From: Chrysomallon squamiferum
Taxonomy: Eukaryota > Animalia > Mollusca
Assembly (NCBI GenBank): GCA_012295275.1
Contig: CM022673.1
Coordinates: forward strand, 24,056,001 to 24,120,000
Reading direction: 5' to 3'
DNA: 64,000 bases
This document shows, in pieces, positions 61,486 to 64,000 of the stretch. Within the stretch, counting starts at the first letter, position 1; every line of letters begins with the position of its first letter. The position numbers and the translations under genes were made by a program. The notes under the pieces are model-generated. The model saw only the letters and a list, made by a program, of their open reading frames with translations, did not search any database and was not told the origin of the DNA.

Positions 61486-62966
61486 ATATTTTAAAAGTAC
61501 AGTCATTCTATTGTACATTACAGTACTTTTAGATAAGAAATTTAATAAAATAAAATAAAATAAATTAGAATAAAATAAAATAGAATAAAATAAAATGAGA
61601 GTACAAAAAAAAGAAGAAAGTATTTTCTATTTTCAGTACTCTTGGTTTGGTTTGTTCCAGTACATTACTTTATCATTTATCAACTCAGTTTTCTTCGTGT
61701 GTTTCTGCTTTCAGCTTTGTAAAAAAAACTTACCTTTCTCACGTGTGGGTGTGAAATGAAAAAATAAAAAAAATAATATTAAAATGAACAGAAAAAGTGT
61801 CAATAGAGCCTACTCAAGATATTATTAGTAGAATCACACCACTTGTTAAATTAAAGAATGTTTTTTTATTTTATTTTGTTTAACCCTTAATGTCAAACAG
61901 AATAATTGTTACTGCTAGTTGTGAAATAATTGTATCATTAAAAATTGTTTTAAAAAAAAAGAAGAGAAGAAAAGAACAAGGAAAAGGACATTAATAATGT
62001 TTTTTATTTTTATTTATTTATTCATTCATTTGTTTATTTGTTTGTTTGTTTGTTTTTGTTTATTGAAAAAATAAAATAAACCCAACAACACATATCTCAG
62101 TTATCAATAGCTCTATTATATAAACATTATTATTTACTTTTTTATTTTTATTTTTTATTTTTTTATTTTATTATTATTTAAAATTAAACTACTTCCCACA
62201 CAGAGGTTAAAGATTTTAAAAGCAGAAGTTCTTAATTAAAGAATTGTGATCTCAATAAAAGTGGACTATTTATGTATTTAGTATTCTAAACACAGACAAT
62301 TACACAATATAATTTCTATTTTCATTCTTTTATAATCCACTTTAAATCAATAAAGTCTGCAGCATTATTGATCTATTTTGGATATAATTTTTTTGTGGGT
62401 TTTTTGTGACAAACTGATCAAACTGTATACTCAATGACTGCAAGTGTTCTGAACTGCAACTTTCCAATTACTAACATTACTTCTTGTGCCAAACTGCATG
62501 ATGGATAGCAAGTCAATGCTATTTTCATCTCCTTCTGCCACTTCACATAACCACACATTTTTTTTCTGACAATAATTTGCCCTGTCTGGTGTGTTTGACA
62601 ACAGAACAAAAACAAAAACAAAAACAAAAAAGTGGAAAAAAAACAAAATTCAGAAAGAATGAAAAAAAGTCACCTCAAAACACATTCAGATTGTTTTCTC
62701 TGAAAACTGAGCTGTTTTGTAAAATGAAAAAAGTTTTTTTTTTTTTCTATCTTCTAAAACATTTGTTTGTTTATTATTATTTACCCAAAAAGTTTTTAAA
62801 AGGTTTTTTTTTTTTCACTTTGTAAAGGAAAATAACCTTTTTATTTTTGAAATGTTTTGTTATTTTGGGTGAAAAGAGGGAACTAGTGTTTCAGAACAGA
62901 TGGTTGTCTCCATTTCTCTGTTACAAATATATATCTCTGTGTGTGTGTGTGTGTGTGTGTGTGTAT

Positions 62967-63002
<36 letters not shown>

Positions 63003-63788
63003 GTCAGTGAGTGTTTGTCTGTGTGTGCATATGTGAGTGTTTCTAATAAGAATAATGTAGGTCATAAAGTATATTACATAATATTAATGACATAAATAAA
63101 AAAGAATGACACATTATTTTGAGTTTCCATTTTGTTTTGTACATTAAATATAATGTAGAATAAAGTAATTTAAAATTCTTACTACATATTACAGTAATCA
63201 AATAACATGCATCAAACAGAATGATAAAATCAAAAAATCCAATATATATATCTTATTGCCATAATAAGTAAATCTAATTTAAAAATATGTATCTCGTAGT
63301 CACGTAAATCTGTATTACCTAATTTTTTTTTACAATTCCAATATTATAGTTATTAAATATAATTTCAGAATAAGAGTTAATATTAACATGGTATTGTGTG
63401 TGTTAAATACAGTGTATATCACATTAATTAAATATATTGTGTATTGTGATTCAAGTATTGATTAAGTTTTGATATTTTTGAAAGTTAATCAGAAAGATTT
63501 TAAGTCATTTTGCAATTTTAATTCTAGTTTTGTCTGTGGGTTCAGATGTTTAAAACTTGAAATTATAAAGAAGATTTTCAGTTGAGGGTTTGTGTGGATT
63601 TGAAAAATGATAACATTATTTGTATTTTTACAATCCTAGAACATTAATAATGGTTTTTATTTTTATTTATTTATTTATTTATTTATTTATTATTTTTATA
63701 GTCTTATATTTGCAATATTTGTAATTTGTATCTTGTGTTCTTACTTAAAAGTAGACCTAAGACATGCCATTCTTCAGTGTAAATGTAT

Positions 63789-63838
<50 letters not shown>

Positions 63839-64000
63839 ACACACACACACACACAGACCAAACCAAGTTTTTTTCTTCGCTATGTCATTATTTTGCATTT
63901 ATAATGTATCTTATATGCTTCTGTGCATGTGTGTGTGTGTGTAATGTGTGTGTTTATATATAAAAGTGAATATTTCCAACCACAATGCATGTGATTACTT

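Overview
Very AT-rich, intron-dense animal DNA full of microsatellites; it looks molluscan (gastropod-like), which is an inference. I reconstructed eight protein-coding genes by hand across splice junctions. In order: CFAP69 (-, 3' part off-window), MMUT (+), POLG (-), NCAPH2 (+), PPP1R15/GADD34-like (-), an SDR9C-type dehydrogenase (-), EMC10 (+, last exon off-window) and an intronless peptide-receptor-like GPCR (-) apparently nested in an EMC10 intron. There are three tight head-to-head gene pairs. Most notable: (1) PPP1R15 has a 78-aa strong-context uORF ending 21 nt before its start codon, plus a cluster of ATF4-type TGATGCAAT sites; (2) a U12-type intron in CFAP69; (3) the POLG exon for the second half of polymerase motif B is absent, and several single-base frameshifts affect essential genes, most likely consensus errors; (4) a tandem repeat has copied a splice acceptor and nine codons of an SDR exon, creating candidate 27-nt microexons; (5) a 583-bp internally deleted Tc1/mariner element. 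No rRNA, tRNA or CRISPR was seen. Exon coordinates were counted by eye and may be off by a few nt.
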